Shown here piece by piece: positions 49,056 through 61,964 of a stretch of 64,000 nucleotides of DNA. Source of the DNA: Phoronis australis. Its lineage: Eukaryota > Animalia > Phoronida. Position 1 is the first letter of the stretch. Every line of letters starts with the position of its first letter. The notes below the pieces were generated by a model. That model saw only the letters and a program-made list of their open reading frames with translations. It was not told the origin of the DNA and did not search any database. The stretch is from positions 335,621 to 399,620 of the forward strand of contig NMRA01000020.1 in assembly GCA_002633005.1 (NCBI GenBank), written 5' to 3'. The position numbers and the translations under genes were made by a program.

Positions 49056-50058
49056 ACGTATCTCCGATCTGAAACGAATCTTCAATATCCGCTAAAGTCA
49101 TATCATTTTTGGTTATCAGAACATAAGTTGACGCCATTACTCTTGTGCATGTCTGAGATGCTTATGACTTGTATGCAACAGCTTCATCAGGAACACCTCG
49201 GATATTTTCATAGCCTGGAATTATGGCGGCCTCTGAGCTTAGAACCCTGTCGGACAGTTCCACAGCTTTATGCTCTTGGGATACAAGTGTGTACGGCCTT
49301 TCACCCACTTATTGGTAGAATAAACAGCTTCCCGTGCATTTCTTATGAAAGTAGACGAAAAAGCAAGGTCTGATCAAAGCAACAGAGTTCGAAAGATGTC
49401 AATTGGATTGTCAAGTGGTGTGAATTAGGCCACTCCCAACAAACAGTACCCGAAGTGTTCCGAATTGGGAATCGGCTTGGAAGGAGTTAGTGTTGTAAAG
49501 AAGCTTCGACGTAAGGAATTTTTGGCCTGCAAATCTTTCTAACGCCTTATAGCGCAATATATTAAGTGCATAATAAACTAAATATCTCATTCAGTCTCAG
49601 TATTATCACGAAGACTGTGCATATTTGTAAAACAGGTCAACTGTCGTCGGATCGTTGAAACAGTGCGTTTAAAGCGTCTTAAAGTGTCAAAGATTACTTT
49701 ACTTCCACCGCCAACATATTTTACCTTCTAAGGCGACGTCACTGTGTTGGTATCCCTTGCTTGACTGAATTGAAATTACTTGTAGTAAGCAACGCTTGAA
49801 GAGCAGGGCTACATGTACTTATGTTCTTTGGCGGCTGAAACTAACCACAATCTTCTCAAGCCCAGAAATCGGGTTTGGTTTGCTGACTAATTTTGCCGGA
49901 AAAACGCTAGTTGTCTAGAGTTGTAGCTCAACAAAAATGTCAAAATGAAAACGAAGCAATGAAATTAGGCTTGATTTGAAAACTTCAACACTCAATCACA
50001 ACACAGTCGAATAGAGAGCCGGAAATTTCATAAATTCTACGATTGAACTTTAGTCCTG

Positions 50059-50873
50059 GGCCCGGTCTCCAATCTTTTTACTCGAAATGGAATTCGAAAT
50101 TAGGTTTGGCATTTTCTACTCTACTTTTGGGCGAACTCAAGATAAGTGTCTATTGTTCTATGCTCGAGTACACAATAGCTTACGTAGATAATTTATTGCC
50201 CTTAGTTCACAGTTTGAAAACCCAATACTAAAGCTTTAAGTTCGAGTTTGAAGTCCAGTGTTGGAGGCTTTAAAAAACAATGAGCTTTTCATATTTACAG
50301 TAATATTTAATGAGTAAGGAACATTTGAAATGTTAACAAAGCTCTGAGAGGCTCTTAACAACTTGCACATGGCAATTCTAGCACCAATTTAGTTCCAGAT
50401 GAAACAAAATACAATTAAAAGAAGAAAACTAAATGCACTTTTACCAGCAAAACAAGTGCATCTGATGACTGCAAAATCTATTGAAACAGTGTTCAGTGTT
50501 CAGTATTCACCTGATAAAGTGTATACAGCCCACAATAGAAATCTTAACAGTAACAGAATTCAATTGGAAATAGCAATACATTCCACAATAAAATGTCACC
50601 CAGAATTCACCAACCTGGTGGACTAGTGAAATTTTATTTTTCATTTTTCAAAAGCTCATTACACGACAATGGGGACTTAAAGATCGAAATCTGAAATATG
50701 GCTGAACTTATCTCTCTNAAGGGCAAACTTGAACAAGAAACTCCTATGCATAAACTATAATGTATTCGAGCACAGCCTGATAACCAATTATCTTAAGTTC
50801 GCACAAAAGGAGCAGAGAAATTGCCAAAAATAGTTTCGAGTTCGTTTCGAGTACAAAGATTAGAGACCGGGAC
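50059..50873. mobile_element. PIF/Harbinger-type MITE interrupted by duplicated sequence and an N
   Basis: TIRs ggcccggtctccaatcttttactcgaaa / tttcgagtacaaagattagagaccgggac with CTG on both sides (50056-50058, 50874-50876). Confidence 0.7.
50251..50717. repeat. 467-bp near-identical copy of 53039-53505
   Basis: Offset 2788 bp; two mismatches noticed; this copy ends exactly at the N at 50718. Confidence 0.9.
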
Positions 50874-51394
50874 CTGGAATGCCAACTCCCGCACGTGACC
50901 TGTGTATTCCATTTTATTGCCAGGTATTAGAGCTTGTTACCTCGAGACTAACCGCGAGAGTTTTGCACTTAGAATTTCTGGCTGCCTGCTTGACTGAGTT
51001 TTTATCGAGAATTGTAGTTACCAGACCATGTCTAATTTCATTGTTCATTTTCATTTTGTAATTAATGTTCTTCAAGCGGACTTCTTGATGTAGACTTACG
51101 TTTCCATAAATTCAGCGATTTCTCGGCAAAACTGGTCAACAAACCTGACAAAGACATTTTTTATAAGCAAAGACCTGTGGCCGTGTGTGGATTCCAGGAG
51201 TCTTAGTAAGGGCCTCTGATAACTTTTGGGCTCCAGTCCTAAAACTAGTTTCGATAACCAATCATATTGCATGCCAGGAGTTTTCCAACATGACATTTTG
51301 GGTGTTAAAATCATGTTACATGCGTCGTGTGGTTGAAAGTTTTGGCAAAAAAGATCGTTTTTACGGTTCACGTGAGAAAATAAATCCTACACTC

Positions 51395-51479
51395 GTCTCA
51401 GATTGATGACATGGGCAAAACCTCTTGGAAATTTTGACGAAGTTTCCAAGAGGTTTTGCCCATGTCGTAAACCTGAGAC
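51395..51479. other. Long hairpin with a perfect 24-bp stem
   Basis: gacatgggcaaaacctcttggaaa (51408-51431) pairs perfectly with tttccaagaggttttgcccatgtc (51443-51466), plus a 13-bp imperfect basal stem. Confidence 0.8.
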
Positions 51480-52563
51480 TCGTGTATGATTCTCTGTATT
51501 AGCGATAACAGCGAACTCACAAGTGAACTCTCACAACACGCCTCGCTGTCACCGAGTATTTTTGTGAAAAGTTGACTGAAGCCATGGGGTCGAAAGCCGC
51601 ACGCCGGTGTTTGTAAGCGAGGAACCATGTTCAGGAGTGATGCCAGCTGTGTTCATTCCTGGGGGCTGTAACGAGTAACCGAAATAACCGAGAACAGTGC
51701 TCAAGAGCTGTCAGTTCTGGTAGGCCTACACAATTGTTATTTTAGGCCTCAGTCGATACGCGGAATAATGTCTCGTGGAATATTGCTTCAACGCTTCTTT
51801 CGGTACGTTTTGTGCGTTTATTCTAGATAACGCGTATGTCATATTAAATGAATGAAAAGTACCGCTCTGCGATTCTTCAGTATAGTTTCCGTAAAGTGTA
51901 AACAATGCTTCAGTCAAACACCACCGAAATGTTTTGTACATGACTTACACCTTTTCAAACATTCAACTGTTTCAGTCTAAACTGCACGGTACTGTTTTTG
52001 ATCGCGTCTCCCGACTGACAGCAGCGGACGCCGGACGCGAATGACAGCACAGAAACGCGCGCGTGTGGGAGCCATTTTTGTAGCTAAAACACACTAGTTT
52101 GAATTTCAACCAGATATCGAATCATATTTTGGACTCGAGTCGTTCTTCACCAATTAAGTTTGGAAGTGTTTTTCTCTATTTTGGATGAACTATGTGGTAA
52201 TGCATTATTGCACCGGTGTGCTTTACATCAATTTCATCATAAAGATTAAGACTGACACAACCGGCAAGAACACATTGAAATAAAGCCAGGTCAATAAGCT
52301 AGCCTGCATCAGTCACCACAGTTGCGGTAAAATCTCGCCAATTTTGACACAATGTGGCACACAAGTTTTTAAAATTCTTTTCATAAAAGAAAAGCAACAC
52401 CAACATTGATTGAACCACTTAAAAATGCTTCATCGCTTTCAAGTTCGCATACCATCGCTAACCATAAGACAATGTTTGACCAAATAGGGGAGGACCACAA
52501 GGAAGTAAAAAAGCACTGAAAAATGAGGAAAAACCAGTTTTGGTACTTATTTTTGCCATAAAC

Positions 52564-52937
52564 AAGGTTGTCCGGGATTACACGGCGACAGAACTCTCCT
52601 TTGTTGGTTTTGGAAATCAGACACACTTTCATGTCCCGCAACGATGTCGGGAAGGCGAATTGAAGAATTTCGGATCAGATCTCGCACCGATCCACGGGTA
52701 CACGTATTTGTTCAATTTATCAAATTTCCTCACGTCGGGAGTTGCAGCCCAGAGCACAGCATTCGTTGGCATTGGAAGGACGAATAGAAAAATTCAACCA
52801 GAAAAAAACTTGCAAAGAATCGGACAAAAACAAATAACTTGTGAAACTCCAGTGGCACGAAATACCTGACCGATGCCTGTGGTATTGTGGGTAAATACAG
52901 CGAGATTCGAGTGTCGTTATGTAATCCAGGACGGTCC
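52564..52937 (-). mobile_element. Short TIR element with THAP remnant (copy 2, inverted)
   Basis: TIRs gtccgggattacac / tgtaatccaggacggtcc; minus strand ECCALGCNS...gacatgaaa...tttccaaaac...caaaggagagttct aligns with copy 1. Confidence 0.7.
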
Positions 52938-53546
52938 ACATCCATGTGACTTTACTGTACTGGGTGGCAATGTCAATGACGCCCATAACAATAGAATAAA
53001 CTAGATTCCTGCCAAAAATTATTTGAATACACTGCAACAAGTCCAGTGTTGGAGGCTTTAAAAAACAATGAGCTTTTCATATTTACAGTAATATTTAATG
53101 AGTAAGGAACATTTGAAATGTTAACAAAGCTCTGAGAGGCTCTTAACAATTTGCACATGGCAATTCTAGCACCAATTTAGTTCCAGATGAAACAAAATAC
53201 AATTAAAAGAAGAAAACTAAATGCACTTTTACCAGCAAAACAAGTGCATCTGATGACTGCAAAATCTATTGAAACAGTGTTCAGTGTTCAGTATTCACCT
53301 GATAAAGTGTATACAGCCCACAATAGAAATCTTAACAGTAACAGAATTCAATTGGAAATAGCAATACATTCCACAATAAAATGTCACCCAGAATTCACCA
53401 ACCTGGTGGACTAGTGAAATTTTATTTTTCATTTTTCAAAAGCTCATTACACGAAAATGGGGACTTAAAGATCGAAATCTGAAATATGGCTGAACTTATC
53501 TCTCTGCAATTAGCCATCACAGTTACTGATAGAACATGAACAAAAT

Positions 53547-53707
53547 TGCCCTCACTTGGCTCAGACTAATAACTCAGTCATTGCCCTCACTTGGCTCAGA
53601 CTAATAACTCAGTCATTGCCCTCACTTGGCTCAGACTAATAACTCAGTCATTGCCCTCACTTGGCTCAGACTAATAACTCAGTCATTGCCCTCACTTGGC
53701 TCAGACT
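53547..53707. repeat. 35-bp tandem repeat x~4.6 ending at an N
   Basis: Unit ttgccctcacttggctcagactaataactcagtca; N at 53708, so copy number is unresolved. Confidence 0.9.
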
Positions 53708-54511
53708 NACTATCAACATCAATTCAGCAGTAGGCCTCGCTTGGACGTTCATTGGCAATGAGCACCAAACAGATTTTTTGTAGCTTTTATGCTCTGAAAC
53801 AGACATTTGGTGAAATCAAGGCCAGTGTATACCATTGAAAATAAACTTCGGACATAGGGTGTGTAAGTGTAAGTCAAAATTTCTGACTTAAGCCTTAAGT
53901 CACTTTTCACTGAAACAAACACCAGATTCTTCAAGTGACGGTTGTTTCAATGTTTGCTAGTCGAGAAAACCTTCCCAACTTGCAGAATATGAAGGTTGAT
54001 ATAGCTAAATCTCACACATTTCAGGAAAATGGTACCTTCTTTCATTTGTGAAAGACTTCTTACATTCTTGTGAGGTTCCGCAGCTTTTCAAAGTTTTGTT
54101 TGGTCGCAGGTATGGAACACAACTTGAAAAAATACTGACACTACTCCTCTAACATTTAAATAAGAGAGAAAATAAAAACTAAATTAGTGAACTTAATAAC
54201 CTAATCAAACGATGGGAGGAGTTGACAGTGGGATTTATTCCTGTTTTTAAATTAAATAACCACTTTATGCAAAAGTGAATGCCCATCCACCAAATTTGAG
54301 ACTGGATCAAGTGGAAGTCGCTCTCATTACTCTGGAGAGTGCCAGTATGAAAAGTCCGCATGATGTCATTTCAGGCCAGTCTTTGAAATGAGTGAAAAGT
54401 TCATCCAAATATCTACAGTAGCTCTAGAAGTGAACTTTAATAACAAAACACAGCTCCAAATACCAACACCACATTCACTTCAACCACGTGTTCACTCTGT
54501 CCTGCATCGTT

Positions 54512-54709
54512 TCACGTGTCCGTAGTTACAGTTACCTCTGATCCTCCATGTGTCCGTGTTAGAATGAAGTAAACAACGAAGAAAACCACAACAAAAAACA
54601 GAGCTATATAACACATAAGCTTTCGGTTGTTCTTGCCTGATCCAATCATGTGGTTTATTCTGTTAATACTTCCCATAAGCAGGCCTTTCCCCGAGTCAAA
54701 ATCCGAGTC
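54512..54709 (-). CDS. BET1L: BET1-like protein (GS15, Golgi Qc-SNARE), exon 4 with TM anchor
   Basis: tttgcag| DSDFDSGKGLLMGSINRINHMIGSGKNNRKLMCYIALFFVVVFFVVYFILTR...DT*; the SG..NRKL motif is typical of BET1L. Confidence 0.88.
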   Translation of the reverse strand, partial: DSDFDSGKGLLMGSINRINHMIGSGKNNRKLMCYIALFFVVVFFVVYFILTRTHGGSEVTVTTDT

Positions 54710-56056
54710 CTGCAAACAGAAGACGAGTACTGCATTCACTATTAGCCTGCACTTGATTATTAACAATGACTTTTTAAAATGACAAACTGGGCAAGAAATT
54801 CAGTTTTGGGCCCCAAAAAGGACTGAAGAGCAAGATCTTGTACATTAACAGAGAGGGCACCACCTCAAAGCCAAAATTTGTACTTCTTGCTAAATGACTT
54901 AACGCTGTTGTTTGTGTTTAAGTGGAAAATACGCCAAATTCTTCATTTAAGAAGCCGGGTTGTACATACATGTGTAGATTTCTAAAATATTGAATGCTAT
55001 CTGGACTAGACACTCCTCAAGCAATAAAAATTTGAGCCTGGTGAGTGGTGTCTGGGGGTTTTGGGAGGTCACTCAAACTCTCTGACGATAAAACCTCGCC
55101 ACTGAAAGCAGCAACAACTAAAAATCGCGACGTGTCGTTAAGCAATTTTCAAAGTACTGATTGAAAACAAAAGGTGGCACAAACTGAATTAGACCCAAAG
55201 ATGTCAGCATCTCTGTTAGCATAGAGCAGAAATAGGATGGAACGTGGTCCACAACAGGACTGCGATAAATTTTAACGTGTCGCTGCAACTTGATTGCCAG
55301 CATTCACAACATGTTTGAATGGCTATTGGCCTGTTAGAGAAAACAGTGACCAGTTTGAAGCAAAGGCTGCCTGTCTATGACATGCTCCCACCTATTCAAA
55401 TTTCACTGCATTCTTTGGAGTTCTTAAGACCACTCTGATAAGGGGTGGGGCACATAAGTCAAGTCCCTCCTTTGTGTTGCTCAGGCAACTCACACAATAG
55501 AGATTGGAATATCTCAACAAATAGATAGCAATTGATTTACTGTTCTTCTGTAGCAGCTAATAAAATTTTGCTGTTCAAACAATAAATAAGTTCAATTTTC
55601 AAAGACTAGTTAGTTTTTAAAGTGTGCAGTGTCTAAAATGGAAGAGAAAGAATGTTTAGTTTGTACAAACAGGCAGTGGATATCACCCAACACTGACACA
55701 GATCTTTGATTCCTAAGCCCCAAAAGAAGCTAGACACAAAACTGCAGGCTGTGTGGTATGTGCCTATTGTAATGCTAACCTGTAAGAAGCATTCACACTG
55801 GGATTTTTTATAGATAAGCCCATGGGCGAGTATTCATAAAATAAAAATTTTCAGGCAATTTAATAGCACCAAATGAATGCCCGAGTATTAATCGGAAAAG
55901 GGGGGACATGTGAATGTAGTCATAGTTTGGGCTACACAAACACCAGTCGTGTTTTTAAATTTTATGTTGATAAAATTTATGCATAATTCGTCAACACTTT
56001 GTTTTTATACGTGAAAAATGCTCCCACTATCTGGACACTTGACATTCAGAAGTTAT

Positions 56057-56199
56057 CATGGGCGGCGCAGCACTGAAAAAAGTGGGGGCTAAAGCCGATT
56101 CAGCTCCCCTGCGGTGCACCGACTATAGACCATGTGCGGCGTAACACTGAACAAAGTGGGGCTATAGCCGCCCCAGCCTCCCATGGTGCGCTGCCCATG
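56057..56199. mobile_element. 143-bp TIR element with 5-bp TSD (unclassified)
   Basis: gttat|catgggcggcgca ... tgcgctgcccatg|gttat; internal dimer of actgaa.aaagtgggggcta.agccg. Confidence 0.7.
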
Positions 56200-57662
56200 G
56201 TTATAATACTGAATATACCCGACATTTATTTGGCATAATTTTCAGAAAAATCCCGGTAGTTGTTGGTTAGGAAGTGGGATATAATGTTGCGTAATCAGAA
56301 GTTGTCAAAATGCCCTCCTTTACCCACTTGATGTTAATCAGAAACTACAACAGACCATTGGCTAAACTACAGTGTAGGCAACAGAGGAGACACACACACG
56401 ACAACAGCCCATGTTATACACACAGTTGCGGTGCAAAGTCTACTCTGCCATTCATCAAGTCATTTTGATGCTAAGACTTTCACAGCAGTGGCATTACTTT
56501 GAGTATGAAATACTACTATTAAATAATAAAAATATTCGTGGGGACAGCTAAATAGTTTCTATTATGACTGTAATGTTCTTGATGCAGTAAACTTAATTTT
56601 AATCTTAAAAGAAACTTTGACTTTGTGTAGAATTTTTAAATCAATCACCTTGACCTAGTGGAGAAACCTAGTGGCAAAAATAAGACGGCTGTTCTGCTCA
56701 CAGCTGTCGTCAAAATCAATTCTCTTGTGACACCACTGTAGTGTTCTTACTAGAAAACATCAAAATGAATTCCTTTATCTTGTCAACATTAAGAAAGAGT
56801 CCACTACGGAGCTGCAAAAGTTTACACTTGGACTTCCCAAGTAATGTACATTAAATGAAAATTTAATTCGAGTTTGGAATTTGTATTGCAAAGAACAGTG
56901 TCATGAACAATGCCTTTGCTGCAACAGAACAACTCATTGAAACTGAACAAGCGACAAGTGGGTACTAATTAAAAGCAAATGTGCACTTCAGAGAACACTA
57001 GCTGCCGCTCACTTTTGGCACTTTTGTTGGCGTTTGCGCAATTCTGCCAGGTTCTGCTTTTCTGTTTCAATCAAGCAGAGAAAGCATTATCCACGGTAAC
57101 TCTTTTACTGTCAATGAGAGCAGACCAGAAACTGTGCGCATTAATTTCCAACTGGATTTTTCTAAGTCAGTAAAAAACAAAAAAGTTTGAAATTCCTGTA
57201 CAGTTGAACAGAGGGCGCTACAATTGTCACAATGGTCTCAGTATCACAGAATCCATGCTCTCTTCGTGTACAGAATTTCAATAAATTATATGAAACGTTC
57301 CCAAAATAATGAAAGGTAACCTCATACAGAAATGGTGAAATGGTTTGAAAAGGTCACTTTCTTTACTGGATAAGGAAATTCCTACATAAATACTGGAAAA
57401 CTAGGTAAAGTCAATCCATTTGTCAAAGGAGAAAAAATATTTTTTGCTTCTACCAAATGCTGCTAGTCAAATAAATGCTGACCGCATCTAATAGTCTAGC
57501 CGCAGTGACCAAAGTATGTTAAATACAGCTGTATGCTGTAACCTACCAAGGGATCCGTGTGTACAACACCGGCTGAAAGCGCCCAGGTACACTTTAGCTG
57601 AGATACTGCGATATTGAACATAAAAATGATATGCACCGAGTAAGTACTTATTAACTACTCAC

Positions 57663-57719
57663 CAGACCTGTAAGATAACGATTCTGATCTTTTGTTTCTG
57701 TTTCTATGTCAAATGCAAT
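57663..57719 (-). CDS. BET1L: BET1L exon 3 (SNARE motif centre)
   Basis: gttgcag|IAFDIETETKDQNRYLTGL|gtgagt, 57 nt, phase 0-0. Confidence 0.88.
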
Positions 57720-60052
57720 CTGCAACAAAACAGTATAAAAAGAAACAGAATCGAAACAGTAAACCATTCACAATCTTTCCGGTCAATTTTTTAAAGTCGA
57801 TTTTCAAAAAACCATCAAGGCTTTTGCATCATAAAAATTTCAGTCAGTTTACATTCGATCAACCATCATTTTTGTGTTCTCAAAGGTCAACATAACTGAT
57901 ACCAATTTCTATTAAGCAAAATTGAATTTTTAAATCAAGTCATGCGGGTTGTATTATGGCAGTTCTACATTCTGCAAATATAATGCTTAAGTCTTCTTTG
58001 AGAATTTTGACAAATTCAAATTCAATATTTTCAGATGTCACGCCATATTCTGTGTTAATAAGTCAGGTCAGAACACATACCTACACACTCTGATTAGTCC
58101 TACATAAATTTGCATACAACAATCTATGTCGATAGTCACATAGAAGTTTATGAAACCTTTCGAAAAATCATGGTTTGTGACAGGCTAACAGTATAACTAA
58201 CTTTAAAATGCAACTGATTTAAACCAACAACAAAAGGTCTTAACTGGCTACAATGGTTATTCTGTTCTCAGAACAGCATCGTAAAGTTGAATCAAAATGA
58301 TCCCATCCCGTCAATACACACCAAAAATATTCAGACAAAATGACCAGAAATTCCCCATCCTGACGTCTGGACAAAAGTTGAATACATCATCACCAAAAAT
58401 GAAGGCGAATTCACAGGTAAATTAGTGAGATGGCTAAACCATTCTATTATTAGAGATTAGCCACTAGTCATTACGTCATTTCTGCTGTGTATAAAATTAA
58501 CCGAGGAAACAGCTAGAGCTTTTGTCTAGTACTTTGCTTCACTGGCACGAGCTATACATTCTAATACTTGCAAAGTCAGAACTGTACCTTTTTGACAATT
58601 AACAGCCTCACCAGTTTAGGACACAATGTGGCCGACAAGTGACATGTTTTCAAGATATCAAGTACCACCAAATAAATTTTAGAGTTTTAAAGATCTATAT
58701 CATAGCTAGCATCAGACAATGATTTTTAGAAATTGTAAGTATTGCCATGTTACAAGCTGTCATGAATTCTCACGAACTTAATTAAGTGCAAGTTTCATCA
58801 TTTTCTATGACGTACAAATGTCCCAGCAAAACAGTGTAAGTTACATAACAATTCCAGGACATCTTGTGTTGTTGTTTACTATGTCACTGACCAGTGCCCA
58901 CTCATAGTGAAACCTTATATGCCAAACAGCTGTCCAGGCTCCATTCATGTTTATGGGTTGGATGAAATCACCGGAACTCTCAATATTGTTGTTTTGCACT
59001 CACAACCCACACATATTTCTATTCACAAAAAAATTGTAGCTAGAGTTAATAAACTTTGTGTGTCAGTAGAAACTCAACGACTGCGTTAGTTTTTATGCTG
59101 ATCTCCATCGACTTGCTGTTGCTACCTCGTTAGCCAACTATCTGCCATTCAACCAAGAAGCGGGTAACCCAACTATACTATTACGACCTATCCTCACATT
59201 AGAGGAGCCATATTCTCCATATTGCTGATGACAAGCATTTCGAAAACGAAAAAAGAGGCTGATCAAATTTGGCATCTATTTTTGTCTAAAATCGGCAATG
59301 TTTTTTTTAGTGAAAACAAACCCCAAAATCTAACAACAGGAAGACCTATTAAGTTATTAAGAGTTGCTATCAATTTTTTTTTAACTTAGAAATGATTTGT
59401 GTGCTTGAGAAGAACAGACAATTAACAATTTCCGTATTCGGCACTCCCACTGTCCTCAGCCGTGAGGTAAGATTATATTGATTGTACAACAGTGGCACTG
59501 TGCACACGATGGTTTTGCTGTCTCAGAACCATCGACAAGGGGTGAAATGTGACATCCCGCTTCCATGGATATTTATCCAGCTTATCTCAATTATTTGAAT
59601 CGGCATTGTAGCCCACGGCACAACAGTGATACTTTCCGGCATGACTAAGTATTCACACCAAAGAAAATACATGTGAATCTCCATAGCAGCGAAAGCGAGG
59701 CTGCTTACCTGCCTGCGTATCTGGAGGTGTGCCGCTATTTTGTACTTCACAGCATGGGAGTGCGATAAATGCGGAAGGTAAGAATTGCTTGAAACCAGGC
59801 TAAACGAGTAGCTTGACACGGCAGATCAATTTAAGCCCAGAGCAATGTGCAGAGCAATTACGTCCCAAGGCCACACATAAATGACTTCTAATCTGAGTAA
59901 TGAACACAATTTTCACCATGGCTAGTGGCCATATTAAAAACTATTTTAGACCTTCTCTAGAGCAGCTATATAAGCGAAGAAAGTCAAAAAATGTATACCC
60001 ACATCTATGACTGGCCATTTTGAACAGAACTTTTCGATTTTGTAAAACATAC

Positions 60053-60132
60053 ATTTTTCAACCTTGACACTTTGTGCGCCAAGTTTTCTGTCCTATCCCG
60101 GTTTTCTCTTTCTAGCAGATCCTCCGTTTCTT
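60053..60132 (-). CDS. BET1L: BET1L exon 2
   Basis: ttttcag|(E)ETEDLLERENRDRTENLAHKVSRLKN|gtatgt, 80 nt, phase 1-0. Confidence 0.88.
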
Positions 60133-60937
60133 CTGAAAAATAAATTTTATAACAATAGAGATTAATGTATACATGAACACACAATCATTAGAATGTTTTC
60201 AAAACCACATATGAAAAATTGCACTTAATACAAAAGTCGAATTAATTATTATGTTTAATCTAAATTTGTGAATGCACATTCTACTTTTGCTCCCATAGGG
60301 CTCATTTCCTAAATATAACTCAGCCATAATACAATAAAATAAATTATCGAGTCCACTTCTACAAAATATACAATTAGACGGACACAAAGAAATGAGTAAT
60401 TTTGCAGAAGAGTATAATTCAGGCTCATAAAAAATTGCAACATAAGAACGATTAATTAATTAAAAATGACTAATCCAATAATCACCAATTTCGTACATTG
60501 TGGAAGACTCCGTTACAAAGATATTAAGTGGTAATAGTCAAACAAAGGGGTTCCGCATTTTGAGAACCAGTTTTCTCTGGTGAACAATGAGCATCAAACT
60601 GGTTCTCAAAATCTGGAACTCTGTAAGTGACTGTTGCCTGATCACTATGTTTGGCGCATTTACATGAAGCAACCATTGTAGACAAACTGATATTGCATGG
60701 TATGTATAAAGTCCACAAAGCTGGTGAGGATGACCAGAAGGTGCATGCACTGACCGTACACCTTGAACTTTGCAAAAGCGACCACTCAAGACACCCTTCA
60801 GTTGATTGAAACTGTGAGTAAAATCATGATAAAGGACCTTATTGTCACTTCTGCTCTAATATAATGATACAAATCTGAGAACATTTCTTCATCAGCTAGT
60901 TTGGGCTAGTTGGCAGATGAAGAGGCGCACAGAACGT

Positions 60938-61309
60938 GGCGCTTCTGTACGTGAACTTGGAATCCTGTTTAATCTCATGATCACATATGCATGAACTTGG
61001 AATTGGACATTCATTAAGGCAATTGGGTGTAATGTTTTGTGAAGTGTATAGAAGTTATAAAATTATTGACCTCAAGACCCCCCATTTTCTCCTTTACCGT
61101 ACCATGTATCACATAATCAAAAATATTATTGTTTGGTGAACAAGATCACCAACAGTTGAAAAAAGGTTTGGTTAAAATTTACATTATTTTATTGATATGC
61201 AATTTGATTTAGTGCAGAGTGAACGTGTCAAGTTTACTCGTGTATTCCAAGTTCACGCATACGCGATCTTAAGATTAAGCAGGATTCCAAGTTCATGCAC
61301 AGTAGGCCC
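60938..61309. mobile_element. MITE with ~60-bp TIRs in BET1L intron 1
   Basis: ctgtacgtgaacttggaatcctgtttaatctcatgatc...gaacttggaat matches the reverse complement of attccaagttc...gattaagcaggattccaagttcatgcacag; exact ends uncertain. Confidence 0.7.
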
Positions 61310-61883
61310 TATGCTGATATCAAAATGTACCAAAAATATTTAAAAGGCCACCAGGTGGCACAGCTAGAATACCCCCAAATCTATCCGAAAGAGCGTTAAC
61401 TGCTGTCCCCTTAATAGAAACCCATTTGCTATTTCATGAAAATCCATCCAGGAACTCCAGATAAGAGGACTAAAATTGCCACTACAACTAGGGGCAGAGC
61501 AGTATTGTTGTCGGCAGTTTCACAGGAACACAACTGGAAATTTTATTATAATCCTATAAAGAGCTTAGGAGATACAGCAGCTCGGACGGCAGACACATGC
61601 ACCCGCAAGTAAATATGAGGGCCTATAAAATGGCATGGTGAGGCGTAAGCTGCAGATTTCCTGACCTCCCAAGTCCCCAGAGACTTGTTTCATGCAATTA
61701 CATCGTGATAAATGATCGCAAGTATCAAGCAAACCAAAAATTTTGCAGCGATTACAAATTTACATGGCTCTGAATCGGCCTGAATGCCTAACCTAACCGC
61801 CCTTCATGTGACATTTGAGCAATCAGAAGTAGCATTAGAGACACTACTGTGGGCTAAAGACGGTTGTCACTCTCTATCTTTAC

Positions 61884-61920
61884 CCGTCATTTTGGAACCT
61901 CTGCTGCCTCTCCAATCCAT
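61884..61920 (-). CDS. BET1L: BET1L exon 1
   Basis: caaaATG context, MDWRGSRGSKMT, g|gtaaag in phase 1. The four exons total 372 nt (123 aa). Confidence 0.8.
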
Positions 61921-61933
61921 TTTGGTTTGTTGA

Positions 61934-61964
61934 CGGAAATGACGTGTCTTGCCGGTAGATGGCG
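61934..61964. promoter_or_regulatory. Probable BET1L core promoter motifs
   Basis: ETS/CRE-like composite cggaaatgacgt (61934-61945) and YY1-like agatggcg (61957-61964) just upstream of the ATG. Confidence 0.45.

Noticed and set aside
50399-50626. Identical 75-aa ORFs at 50399 and 53187 suggesting a gene duplication
   Set aside because: No recognisable motif; identity is explained by the 467-bp duplicated, probably allelic, segment.
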